From the human T2T-CHM13v2.0 reference genome, Homo sapiens, in the NCBI RefSeq assembly GCF_009914755.1, contig NC_060925.1: a stretch of DNA of 64,000 nt. One strand, given 5' to 3'. Positions within the stretch are counted from its first letter, which is position 1; each line of letters opens with the position of its first letter. The position numbers and the translations under genes are program-made. Below the pieces are notes generated by a model that was given only the letters and a program-made list of their open reading frames with translations, was not told where the DNA came from and did no database searches. This document shows positions 26,926 to 39,989 of the stretch, piece after piece.

Positions 26926-27090
26926 CCCAGAAGAAGCGGAAAAAGGACAGGAAGAAGCAGCGGCCTGCTGATGCGGAGGACCTCCCTGCAGCCCCGGGGC
27001 AGTCCATTGATAAGAGTTACCTGTGTTGTGAACACCACAAAGCCATGATCGCTGGCCTTGCCCTGCTGAGAAACCCAGAGCTACTCCTAG
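26926..27090 (+). CDS. METTL13: METTL13 exon 5 (basic KKRKKDRKKQR linker; YLCCEHH)
   Basis: ttgtttag|CCCAG ... CTAG|gtgaga; 165 nt, phase 1-1. Absent from the ORF track but read directly. Confidence 0.95.
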
Positions 27091-27959
27091 GTGAGAGAGA
27101 TGCCACTGCCTTCCACAGAAGGGAGCATAAAGATTACAGACCTAAACAATTGGTGTCACTTGCATTGTAGTTGAAGAACAGCAATTACAAGCTGACAATG
27201 TATCTTTCTTCATCTCAACCATGTTATAAGTTAATGAGCATTCTAATTAACTGTTGCCTCAAACTCAACCTGTTATATTGAAATTGTATTGAAATATGTT
27301 AGAGTCTAAGTGGTATTTTTTCTGTTCATTTCTTTTTAAAATTAAGGTATATCATGTATTCAATGAGATATGTAAAAATACACAGATTTTAATTGTTCAG
27401 CTTTTCTGTAATGCATTATTTGAACAAAAGATGCAATTCTATCTTGAATTTCTACTTTCTGAAAAGATTCATATTATAGTTAATGCAGTCATAGCCTTAT
27501 CGCTAATAGCAGGTTTGGATCTGACTGCATTAGTGAAATTGTTCATGTTTTGTCTGTGATTGTAACCGTTTTCACCTGAAGTCCCTGAATGTGCCTTCTT
27601 GGAATACCCTATACTTTTGTCCTATCTTAGTGTTGATGTATGTCACTAGAATCTCAGTTCTTAGATTTAATTCTCAGGGTCTGTCTCCTTCGGGTGACTT
27701 TTGTTGTCTTCCTTTGATCCCCCTGTGGTGGCTGTGCTCTGTGCTTAGGAGTAGGAGTTGGGCCTTTGTTTTCCTGTGATTTGTGGAACTTGAATGGCTT
27801 ACCCTTACTTGGTGAGGGTGTCTGAGAAGACGGTGTGGCCTTTTGAGTCAAGGGCAAGGGACATTGCACCTCTGCTGCCTTGTAATCATGAGCAAGATTG
27901 TTTGGCCACTCTTCTTCCCTTTCCTAGAGAGGGTCTAATAATTCTTATAGTGAAGAAGT

Positions 27960-28237
27960 CTTTTTTTTTGAGACAGGGATTTACTCTTGCCCAGGCTGGA
28001 GTGCAGTGGTATGATCGCAGCTTACTGCAGCCTTGACCTCCTTAGGCTCCCACGTCAGCTTACCGTGTAGCTGGTACCACAGGTGTGTGTCACCATGCCC
28101 AGTTAATTTTTCTACTTTCTATAGACAGGATTTTGCCATGTTGCCCAGGCTGGTCTCGAACTCCTGAGCTCAAGTAATCTGCCCACCTCGGCCTCCCAAA
28201 GTGCTGGGATTACAGGTGTGAGCCACTGCCCCTGGCC
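27960..28237 (-). mobile_element. AluJ, intron 5
   Basis: Antisense Alu. Confidence 0.9.
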
Positions 28238-28490
28238 ACTTTGAGATCTTTAAGAGACAATAATAATAACACACTAGTTCATCTTCTGGATCTAGTCATC
28301 ATGAATCCAGGATTCAGTTATCAGATGTCAAATTCACTCCTAGATTTCTGAAATGAGACAGGGAGACCTCTAAATCTTGTATCCCCTGAATGGAGACAGT
28401 GAGCTGACTTTCCCTTTTGCCTTCCCTGAGGCTGGTACAGAATTTTCCAGTGAACAGGTGGCAATGTGATGCTCTATTCTTTTCTTACAG

Positions 28491-28709
28491 AGATCCCACT
28501 GGCATTGTTGGTGGTAGGCCTGGGCGGGGGCAGCCTCCCCCTCTTTGTCCACGATCATTTTCCAAAGTCCTGCATTGATGCTGTGGAGATCGATCCCTCC
28601 ATGTTGGAAGTGGCCACCCAGTGGTTTGGCTTCTCCCAGAGTGACCGAATGAAGGTCCACATTGCAGATGGCCTGGACTATATCGCCAGCTTGGCAGGAG
28701 GAGGAGAAG
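28491..28709 (+). CDS. METTL13: METTL13 exon 6: C-terminal spermidine-synthase-like methyltransferase, motif I VVGLGGG, post-I VEIDP
   Basis: ttcttacag|AGATC ... GAAG|gtactg. Confidence 0.97.
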
Positions 28710-29129
28710 GTACTGCTCTTGGAGCATTTGAAGGGGTGTTGAGGGATGATTGATGCGACATTGTCAGGCCCGCAAGGGCCTCTACAGTTTATCTCTAAGA
28801 GAGTGGCATGAGTATCGTTCCAGTCTTCAGCCTGTTCATTTGTTGATATACTTATTCACTAGAGTACCAGCTATATGCTTAGCACTGTGTTAGGTGTGAA
28901 TGTAAAGCAATAAGTAAAACAGGCCATTCCTGCCCTTATGGTGCTAACAGACCAGTGGGCTTTTTTCTGACCTGTAACCTTGTCATTTCCTCACCATCTT
29001 AAGAAACCTGAAGTCTAACTGGGCAAAGAAACAGAGAAGAAAAGGTGGAATGTGTGTTGGGAGGTATTTTTGTAAATATTTCAACTGGAGGTAAAGCCAG
29101 AAATAGAGCAAAACAGTATTCATGTAAGA

Positions 29130-29340
29130 TCAGTGGTATACAACCTCAGGGTCTGACATTTGGTAATGTATGGAGACAATTTTTCATTGTCACAAATCGG
29201 GGTGGGGGATGTTGCTACTGACATCTAAACGGTAGAGGTCTAGGATGCTAGTAAACATCTTACAATGTTCAGGACGGGCACTGATGACAGAATTATCTGG
29301 CCCAGAATTTCCACAGTGCTCAGGTGGAGAAACCTTGATG
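29130..29340. mobile_element. MER20 DNA transposon
   Basis: gacatttggtaatgtatggagacaattttt...gtagaggtctaggatgctagtaaacatc. Confidence 0.75.
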
Positions 29341-30869
29341 CAGATGGTACTCTGTGGGAATTTTGATAGGCCTTCTGCAACTAGAATTAAGGTTCCATTT
29401 GCTCTAGTAATTTGCATCCCAGATTTAGGACAAAAACCATAAGCATAATAATTTTCTGTAAAATACTAGGGACAGTAACTCTGCTATTATACAGATAGGC
29501 TGCTGGTGAGTTTAGTACTTTCTGGAGCTCGAGTCCTTCGGGGAGAAGGCAGTTAGGTTGGTTCAGTTCTGTTCAGGACTGCTGGTCTGCTCATTCCATA
29601 ACAGATACTCTGGTCTCACTAGATTAGAATATTTTCCAGTAAGGGTGTGGCAAACTAGGAGGCCTGGGACAAGTATTGAACAGATGCTATCTTAATTTTA
29701 ATTGCAAACTGAATTGAATTGTAACAGTTTCGTAGGTTCCCTCTCTGAGGCTAGGGTTAGTTTAGGTGCCCAAGCCCAGATAGCTAATACGGTGAAGTAT
29801 TTACAACAGTGCCATGCACATGGTAAGTACTTAATCCATGATGTTACTGCTGTTGTTATCTATAGATCAGTTTTCAATGGCTCTGCCCATCTTCTGTAAC
29901 ACCAAAATGTTTCAGATTACTGGAGGGCTCAAGGCTGCAAATGCAGGCTATTGTTTTCCTTGGACTTTGATGAGCCAACATGTTCTCTTTGTAAGAAACC
30001 AAAATCAGATCTGTGCTATGAACAATGATAAGCATGCAGCAGTCCTAATTAAATACTTATTAATTATTGAATAATTATGACCACAGTCTCAAAATTTTCT
30101 AAAAACCTGTCAGTGGCATTGCAGACCTACCCCTTATAAAAACAATTTAACATTATAGTAAGGAGCAGATCCATTTCTTCATCAGTTCTTTCTCACCCAT
30201 TTAGCAAAATCATTTCTTTCTTGAGTCAGCTCTTGTTCATGGAACTGCAAAGATAACACTAACTGAAATTTCAGAACATTTTCTCCTATGAGGCAAAATG
30301 TGCTGTTTTCAGAGTTAAAAGTTACCATTTGCTGGGTCAGCCCTTAAAGGCTTAGTCAGCTGCTTTGTCTAGATCAGTGGTTCTCAACTCTGACTGTATT
30401 TAGAATTACCTGGAAAGCTCAAGAAAAATACCAGAGGCTTCCCATCTCTCCTCCCATCTGCCCCCTACTACCCCAGGATATTTTATTCTGTTGGTTGGCG
30501 TGTAGTACACATTAGAAGCTTCCCAAGGTGATTGTAATGTTCTGCCACAGTCAAAAGCCACTGGTGTTGATAGACTCTTAACCGAGAAATATTCATGCAA
30601 AGGGGACCCCAGTAATGTTTTTGCCTTTGGAAGGTGCTTTTAAATGTGGAAGAAGGTTCCATCTTTACTATGGGACACTCTGAACCCTGATGACAAAGAC
30701 TCCCCTGGGCCATGACATCAGTGCCCTTACAGGCAAACCACATCCTCTGTGTCATCCTTCTAACTTAGTCACCATGCCCACCACTGGTAAAGAGGAGGTA
30801 TAGTGTTGGAATGTAAATGGTATTATTTTATCCAGCAAAGACAAGGACTTGTTTCCTTCTTTTTCCCAG

Positions 30870-31001
30870 CACGGCCTTGCTACGATGTCATAATGTTTGA
30901 TGTTGACAGTAAGGACCCAACACTGGGAATGAGTTGTCCGCCCCCAGCATTTGTGGAGCAATCTTTTCTACAGAAGGTTAAAAGCATCTTGACTCCTGAA
31001 G
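30870..31001 (+). CDS. METTL13: METTL13 exon 7 ([12 protein letters not shown]...CPPPAF)
   Basis: tttttcccag|CACGG ... GAAG|gtatgg. Confidence 0.97.
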
Positions 31002-31049
31002 GTATGGAGAACAAAAGGTGGGAGAGGGAGGAGAGAAGGGACCATTAAC

Positions 31050-31960
<911 letters not shown>

Positions 31961-32339
31961 TGATGCTAGCTACTACATGATGCTTCCTACACGTGCTCTA
32001 CTAGGCAGTGTGTTATTTAATCTTCATAGCAGTCCACTTTTTGGATGAGGAAACTGAGGTTGAAGATTTGCCAAGGTGACGCAAGGTAACAGTTGGGGCT
32101 CAAAGTCAGTGCCTTGTCACCTCAAAACTGGAGCCTTTAATCCCTATGTTAACAACCCTCTAGGTATTTTTGATTTGGTGTAAGGCACTGTGGTAACTGG
32201 CTTGATTTGGAATCTTAATTGTCAGAAGTCAAGATAACCTCGGCCCTGTCACTGGTTAATACTCTATGGTGTGTATGCCAAGAATGTAATATCCCTGTGG
32301 AGTTGGTAAATTTTACTTTCGTAGGGAATCACTTTCTAT

Positions 32340-32640
32340 TGATTGATTGAGACAAAGTCTCATTCCGTCACCCAGGCTGGATTTTGGCTCACTGCAACCT
32401 CTGCCTCCTGGGTTCAAGAGATTCTCCTGCCTCAGCCCCACTAGCAGCTCCTGCCTCAGCCTCCCTAGCAGCTGGGATTACAGGCGTCCACCACCATGCC
32501 CAGCTAATTTTTATATTTTTAGTAGAGCCGGGGTTTCACCATTTTGGCCAGGCTGGTCTCAAACTCCTGACTTCGAGTGATCCGCCTGCCTCAGCCTCCC
32601 AAAGTGATGGGATCATAGACATGAGCCACCGTGCCCAGCT
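32340..32640 (-). mobile_element. AluS with ~24-nt internal tandem duplication, intron 7
   Basis: ctcctgcctcagcc..ctagcag present twice; TSD gggaatcactt. Confidence 0.9.
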
Positions 32641-32955
32641 GGGAATCACTTCTTTCTCAAAGCTATTCTTTGAGAAGCTATTTGGGAAACTGAGGCTTGG
32701 AGAATGGTAAAATAACATGTGAGCAGCACAGAAGAGCAAGAAATAAGGCTGGAGTTTGTTTATGGCTCACATGCTCCCCATGCTTTTCTCCATCTGCCTT
32801 TCTATGCTGTGTATTCTCTGCAAACTCATCACCACCGTGTGTTTTAGTCCACCAGTCTCCCTGGGACAGGAATTGGTATTTTCCTCAAAGCCGATCCTTG
32901 TCTTTCATATGTCTCCTGATGTGAGGTCATTCTGACTTTTCTTCCTACCCTATAG

Positions 32956-33230
32956 GTGTTTTTATTCTCAACCTTGTGTGCCGAGACTTGGGGCTAAAAG
33001 ACTCAGTGCTGGCTGGGCTCAAGGCAGTGTTCCCCCTCCTATATGTCCGGCGAATTGAGGGTGAAGTGAATGAGATCCTGTTCTGTCAGCTGCACCCTGA
33101 GCAAAAACTTGCCACACCAGAGCTCCTAGAAACAGCCCAGGCTTTGGAGCGGACCCTGAGGAAGCCTGGGAGGGGTTGGGATGACACGTATGTCTTGTCA
33201 GATATGCTCAAGACGGTGAAAATTGTGTGA
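32956..33230 (+). CDS. METTL13: METTL13 exon 8 coding part (GVFILNLVCRD...LKTVKIV*)
   Basis: ccctatag|GTGTT; stop TGA at 33228-33230; total CDS 2100 nt. Confidence 0.97.
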
Positions 33231-33397
33231 CTGCTTAGGCCAAGCAGCCCTCCTGCCTAGACTGACCTTGGACTCCCAGCCTGCCAGAGAATGAAGAAAT
33301 ACAACGCACAGTACTTTTGAAGCTTCGTATTTTTCTTGGTTTCACACTCAGCTACATGTGACCTCCAGCTTGGTGAGGTTGCCTGAAGATTAGGGAA

Positions 33398-33403
33398 AAT
33401 AAA
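33398..33403 (+). terminator. METTL13: Proximal poly(A) signal AATAAA
   Basis: Canonical hexamer with a GT-rich downstream element (ttgggttggtttgtcttt). Confidence 0.6.
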
Positions 33404-34169
33404 AATGTCCTTCCCATCTTGTCCTCTTCAGTACCACTTGGGTTGGTTTGTCTTTGCTTCCTACACCACGTCCTTGAGTGGAGTTCCCTGCTGAAGCCCC
33501 TAGCACACACTGCATGCCTTAACAAGTGTGTGCAAGCCCCTCAGAACTCAAGACATCCAAATTTTATTGCGTCTCTACTTATACTGGTTTGCTTTTGATT
33601 TATTCCTCTATTAGTTCTATAGGAGTGATCTCAAGTGAGATAGCAGAGCAAGATGCCAAAAGACCATAAATAGAGTAAGGTTTCTATAGATGTGAGACAG
33701 ATTTGAGAGAGCATTTACTCTGTCTCCCTGTGGATGAAACTGCTGCTGAAATGGTTCCAATTTTTAGGAATCTGCTTACCCACTTCATTATTTGACAGCT
33801 TTCCTTGGTGACCCAAACCTTGTAGCCTAAGCCATTTGTCTTTTTCTCAGTGGAGGGAGTGTATGGACCTGGCCCCATGGCTTTGCATGTTAGAGACCTG
33901 GCAGACTAAAGTCTCTAGTGTTTGTTTGCTCACATTTGCTGAGTGACAGCTATGTGCCAGACTGCATAAAGGGTGGTGGCAGAAGTGAAAATGTTTAAGA
34001 ATGACCAAAAACATTAGTAATGAAAGTTAATGTGTTCCAGGCATTCTTCTAAGTGGTTTACATGCACTGTCTCATTTAATCTGAGATAAAGGATACTTAA
34101 GCCCAAACTATATCTAAACCCAAATCTCACTTGGCTGGAAACATCAATCTTAACCATTTATTCAGAACC

Positions 34170-34175
34170 ATTAAA
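34170..34175 (+). terminator. METTL13: Distal poly(A) signal ATTAAA
   Basis: Variant hexamer followed by CA and U/GU-rich ttttgtcttt. Confidence 0.65.
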
Positions 34176-34334
34176 CCAATGATTCCAAGACTGGCTTGAA
34201 TTTTGTCTTTCCTAATTATACCGAGGTTGACTTAATGAGCAGTGCCATGGAAAATAGGCATTGTCACCATTCACCACCTGGCTCTTCTTTCCACAGGCCC
34301 TTTAAAAATGGACCCTGACCTTTCAGTTGAAGCA

Positions 34335-34460
34335 TACAGATGCTCTTCAGCCTACGATGGGGTTATATCCTGATAAATCCATCATAAGTAGAAAATGCAT
34401 TTAATACCCTGATAACCCATTGTAAACTTGAAAAATTGTAAGTCAGAGACTGTCTGTATT
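34335..34460. mobile_element. Tigger4/Zombi-type MITE
   Basis: ta-cagatgctc...gactgtctg-ta termini with TA TSD. Confidence 0.7.
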
Positions 34461-34664
34461 TCAGTTAGGTTGTCATCCTTAGAAAGTAGTGTCAGTCTGT
34501 TAAGGAGAGGAGGGAGTGCAGAGAAGTGTTTTTAGATCTTACCCATTAGAAATACTTGGTTCTCTTTCTTTAGGAGGGGATCTTCCCCTGGAACCCCGTA
34601 ACGGGAAGATTATCCCTCATGTCAGGTCTGTGTACCCCAGAGGACCTTACTTGGCAAGTCCTTT

Positions 34665-34905
34665 CTTTTTTCTTCCTTGTTTTTGAGACAAGGTCTCTGT
34701 CACCCAGGCTGGAGTGCATTGGCACCATCACGGCTCACCGCAGCCTTGACCTTTTGGGCTCAGATGATCCTCCCAACTCTCAGCCTTCCAGGTAGCTGGG
34801 ACTACAGCATGTACCACCATACCTGGCTCATTTTTTGTAGAGACATCCACCTGCCTTGGCCTCCCAAAGTGTTGAGATTACAGGCATGAGCCACTGTGCC
34901 TGGCC
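34665..34905 (-). mobile_element. AluJ (internally deleted)
   Basis: Antisense Alu. Confidence 0.85.
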
Positions 34906-35750
34906 ACTCTATTTTTTTTTTTTCTCTTGAGCTTGTGCAGTGTCAGGATGGGTTATGGAGGCCCAGGGTCTGAGTCAGAGGAGCTCATCTGCCTGTCCTT
35001 GGTCAGATCACCCTCATGCTGTGCAGAGTTTGGAGCAGCACATTTGGGTGGCATGGCCAAGCTCTAGGCGTTATCAGAATAAGGTCTCAGTTAAATCTTA
35101 GGGGCAATGGTCTACAGAGGCACGAATTTACATGTCGCTTCCCACATTTGGAGGTGGGAAGAGACACTCATGGGTGATGATTATCAAGACTTAAGTATAA
35201 AAGAAGAAGGAAATTGGTTATGTGCTGAAGGCTGGAGAAAGACCAAGGGACAGAAGTGAGGCAGTTTTCGGCTTAATTTCCTACAAATGAAATTTGTACC
35301 AACGAAGACCAGTGTGTTCACCAGAACACTTGGTGGCTGCAGCCTGCTTACTCAAACCCTAGTCTGACTCCCCTCTGGAGCTTGCTGGATTGTGAGGAAA
35401 GTGGTGTGTGTACAGACAGCCATTGGCCTGAATCCCATCTTTTCCACTGGAGAGCTTTTCACTTTTGCCTTAATGACAAGCAAATGGTTCCTTATGGGAA
35501 TTTTGCCTAACTTTAGGGGTGAGCGCTCTAGAGGAGGGGGGAGGGTTAGAAGCTTCAATGCCTACCAGACCAAGCAAGTAACAAATATGTGGAGTGAGTG
35601 AGCCAGGTATAAAACAAAAAGGCTAGGATGAGACCTGTGGCAAACCAGAGAATAAATATCCCCTCTAAAGGCAGCGGCTGTCCCAGCTGAGCTGTCTTGC
35701 AGGAGCACTGTCTTAGCATAGCTAGGTCTTTAAGAGAAGCCAGAAATCTC

Positions 35751-35755
35751 GTGCG

Positions 35756-35794
<39 letters not shown>
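35751..35794. repeat. (GT)n with GC dinucleotides, Z-DNA-prone
   Basis: Directly visible. Confidence 0.9.
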
Positions 35795-35795
<1 letters not shown>

Positions 35796-36291
35796 GACAT
35801 TAAAATGTTGGCCAATCAGTATACATTTTCAAGTTATAATCTATTTTGCATAGAGAGATTATAGGGGAGATAGCCTATGGAATTCCTGAGAATCTGGCAT
35901 GCACCCAGCTTCTGAGTACAAAACAAGGAGCAAGCTGATAGCAATGAGTTACAAAAGTCTGGAAAAGTCTTATCTATGACCTCAATTTTCTTTAATGGCT
36001 ACAGCTGAGTGGGGATGGTCCCATCATCCTTGGGAGAGTGTACAATTTAGCTTCCCAGGACTATCAGAGAACTGAATGAGAATAAATCACATGACAGTTT
36101 GTGCCCTCGCCCCTCCCCCCATCCTAAAAAAGTTCTGTGACAATGTAAAATTGGTAAGCCTGCCTATTGCCCTTCTCTGCCTTTTTGCCCTTGTCCCTCA
36201 CCAATTTTTCAGTGTGTGCCTCCAGTCTTCTGTCATGGCTGCCTGCTAACTGGGCCTCTTCTCTAAGTCTGTCTTCTTATGGATTGGGTAG

Positions 36292-36600
<309 letters not shown>

Positions 36601-36639
36601 GAACCAGCAGTTATTCTCAGCTGCACATTGGAGTCATTG

Positions 36640-37160
36640 GATATGGTAAGCAGAATAATGTTCTCCCAAAGATGTCCATGTCCTAATCCTTGCAACCTAT
36701 GAATGTTATGTTACACTACACAACAAAGGGAAATTAATGTAGCAGATGGATTTGATGTTGCTAATGAGCTGTCTTTAAAATAGGGAGATTATTCTGAGTA
36801 ATCAGATACAGACACTGGGTGGACTCCACGTAATCTCAAGGGTCTTAAAATGTGGAAGAGGCAGGCAGAAGACTCAGTGTCAAGAGTGAAGCAATGTGAG
36901 GAAGACTCACCAGTCATTGCTGGCTTTGAAGACCATAGGCCACTAGCTAAGGAACATGGGCAGCCTCTAGAAGCTGGAGAAGGTAAGAAAACTAGAGCTT
37001 CCCTAGAGCTTCCAGCAGGGAGTGCAACTCTACCAATACCTTCAATGTAGCTCAGTGAGACCCATTTTGGACTCCTGATACGGAACTATAAGATAAGAAT
37101 TTGTGTTGTTTTAAGCCGCTAAATTTGTAGTAACTTTACAGCAGCCATAGAAATTGAATA
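36640..37160 (+). mobile_element. MLT1D-type MaLR LTR
   Basis: cagaataatg..cccaaagatgtccatgtcctaatc ... tttgtgttgttttaagcc..aaatttgtagtaa. Confidence 0.8.
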
Positions 37161-37364
37161 TATCTGGGAAGCTTTAAAAAAATGCCTAGGCCTGGCCCCA
37201 CCCCCACAGACTCTGATTTAATTGGTCTGGGGTGCAGCCTGTGCATAAGAATTTTAAAAAAGCTTTCCAGGTGATGGATGCTGTTTTGCAGCCAAAATTG
37301 AGGACCCCTGGAGAAGAGGTTCTGTGGATGGATATGTCACAAGGTAAGGAGGAAGGAATTGCCA

Positions 37365-37510
37365 GCTAGTCTCATTAATGACTGCTGGCTTAGCTCTGAA
37401 ATGCAAACATCAGCAGTCACTTGGTAATTGGAACATACTCCCCTCCGACCTTCACATTAGCCCACACCTTAGCTCTTTGCCCTTTGAGTGATGGCAGTAG
37501 TGTGAGGAGT
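37365..37510 (+). repeat. Copy 1 of ~146-bp dispersed direct duplication
   Basis: About 95% identical to 39094-39240 (7 differences by eye). Confidence 0.95.
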
Positions 37511-38066
37511 CAGCTTGTTGCATTGGACGATTTCCTCCATGGGGCACAGCAGCCTCACTCCCTGCTATAATTGGGCCCTGAGTGTACCTCCTAAGGACTG
37601 CTTAATAAAGCTCAAAGTCTAGTAAACCATAAGTCATACAGTTTCCCTCTTGTGGCTTGTCTTGCCATTTGATTCCTGCAGATTTGTTAACAGCTAAATG
37701 GTCGATAATAAAAACCATTAAGTTGGATTTTTCTTTTTTATATACCCAACTGGCATTTTTTTGGAGAGGTTGTTCTGTGCCAGACACTGTGCTTGTGTTG
37801 ATAAAAAGAGGAAAGATAGCTTCTGCTCACCAACTAGCTGGGGAGAACAAATTACACAGCACGTGGATGACTTCAGCAACCACCTGTGCATAAAGTGTAA
37901 GGGCAGCATACAAGATGGTCAGATGTTTGCTTAGAGTCTTCTTAGATCCTCTTGCTAGGCAGACAAAAAAATCCAGCCTCAATAAAAACTGCCCCCTTAA
38001 AGTGACTGAAGGCTGGACTCATGGTTTTGTTTTTCTAGCCCACGTCTCACTTGGTTCCTGTGCTTC

Positions 38067-38082
38067 CCACTAGATGGCACTA
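38067..38082 (+). promoter_or_regulatory. Candidate CTCF site CCACTAGATGGCACTA
   Basis: Matches core consensus CCASYAGRKGGCRSYA. Confidence 0.55.
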
Positions 38083-38589
38083 GAAATCACATTTAAGTGC
38101 TTGGGTGGCTGTAAAAAATTCTTGGGAACCTGGCACTTCCAGGGGCTCTTTCACCTGAGCCGTATTTCCTGTGTCTTTCTCTGGTCAATGAAGACAGACT
38201 TCTACTTTACTTGTTGTTCTCTTGCTTCACCTAGTACCCTATGCCCTCTGCTCTTCCACCATCACCTGTTTCCTGTCCATGCACATGGAGACAGCACCAT
38301 TTTCTCCAGTGGTGGAAGCCTGTATAAGGCAGAGATCCTTTTACCCCTACATCCCTGATTTTAGAAGTAATGGCAGGAAATACAGCAATGGAATAATGCT
38401 AGTAAGACATGAAGCTCGTGGCACATAAGAAGAAAAAAATGTAACAACATGCATCTGGGCCTGAGCTGGTATGTCTTCAAGTTTTCTGCCAAGATGTAAG
38501 TCATTTTTATCATAGTAGTAAATTGGTAGATAAATGTTGGTAGAAGTAAAATTTGATTGAAATAATGGATTTTTTAATGCAAACCTGTC

Positions 38590-39040
38590 TGTAGTGGGTT
38601 GAATAGTGGCTCTAAAAAGAAATATCTAAGTCTTAAACTCCAGAACCTATGAATGTGAGCTTATTTGGAAAAAGGGCCTTTGCAGATGTAATTAAGAATC
38701 TCAAGCTGAGATTATATTGGATTGGAGTGGACCTTAAATCCAATGATAAGGACTTAGAATGGAAGGGGAAATGAGACAAGGGAGATGGGAGAAGGACATA
38801 TGAAGACAGAGGCAGATTGGCGAGACATCCCCGCAAGCCAAAGAACAGCAAGGATTGCTAGCAGCTACCAGAAGCTAGGAAAGAGGCAAGGAATGATTCT
38901 CCCTCAGAGCCTCCAGAGGGACCCACCTCCTGACACTTTGCAGACTTCTGGCCTTTACAGTTGTGAGAGAATAAATGTCAGTTGTCTTAAGCCATCAAGT
39001 TTGTGGTAATTTGTTTCAGCAGCCTTGGGGAATGAATATA
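38590..39040 (+). mobile_element. MLT1B/C-type MaLR LTR
   Basis: tgtagtgggttgaatagtggc...gttgtcttaagccatcaagtttgtggtaatttgtt. Confidence 0.8.
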
Positions 39041-39093
39041 TAGCCGAAAAGGGCTTTGTTTGTGCCACCCCACAGAACCAGAGAACCATTAAT

Positions 39094-39240
39094 GCTAGTC
39101 TCATTAATGACTGCTGGCTTAGCTCTGAAATGCAAACATCAGCAGTCACTTGGTAATTGGAGTATATTCCCCTCCCACCTTCACACTAGCCCACACCTTA
39201 GCTCCTTGCCCTTTGAGTGGATGGCAGTAGTGTGAGGAGT
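39094..39240 (+). repeat. Copy 2 of ~146-bp dispersed direct duplication
   Basis: See 37365-37510. Confidence 0.95.
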
Positions 39241-39989
39241 TTGGCCTCCCAAAGTGCATGGGCTCTGGGCCACATGCTACCCCAGATGTGTTTAACCTTC
39301 ACCAGACATTTTAAATAAAATCTATCGATTAGAAAATCGTTTTATACAAAATCTATAAAATTTCTGGATTCTTTTGAGAATTTAGAAGCTCCTGTGATGA
39401 CAGGCCCATGTTCATACTTGGCTGGAACTGGCAAGCATCTTTGCCTTGTGGATGGGTGGTGTTTGCCACAGTCCCCACTGCTCTCATCTGTGTGTTTCCT
39501 GCATTTATGTTACATGCCTGGTCCTGCAGGCATTTGAGCTTGTAGCTCCTACATATTTAGCAGGACAGGTAGGCTGGGAGACACAGTCCCTTCTTTAGAA
39601 CAAGGGGAAAGGAGTCCCTGGTTTTGTAGTCAGTAGTTCTGGGCGTTTTTTGTTATATAGCAGCACAGCTTAGAAGGTGGTTTCAAAATCCGGTTGCACA
39701 ACAAAACCATCTGGGGTCCATTTCCTATATACTGATTCTGGACCATATCCCAGACCTACTATGTCAGAATCTTGGGTGTGTGTGTGTGTGGGGTGGGGTG
39801 GGGGAGTGATGGAGTAGGACAGAGGTAGAGCCAAGGAATCTGCATTTTTAAAACTCTCAAGCAATTCTGATAATAAACAGGCCTAGAAATAGCTGCCATA
39901 GGATATTATCTTTTAGCACTGAAAAGGGAGGCAGTTTGGGTTTTTCTTTCACTGGAGATCTTTGAGGCATGTTGTTTTAAAAAAAAGTC

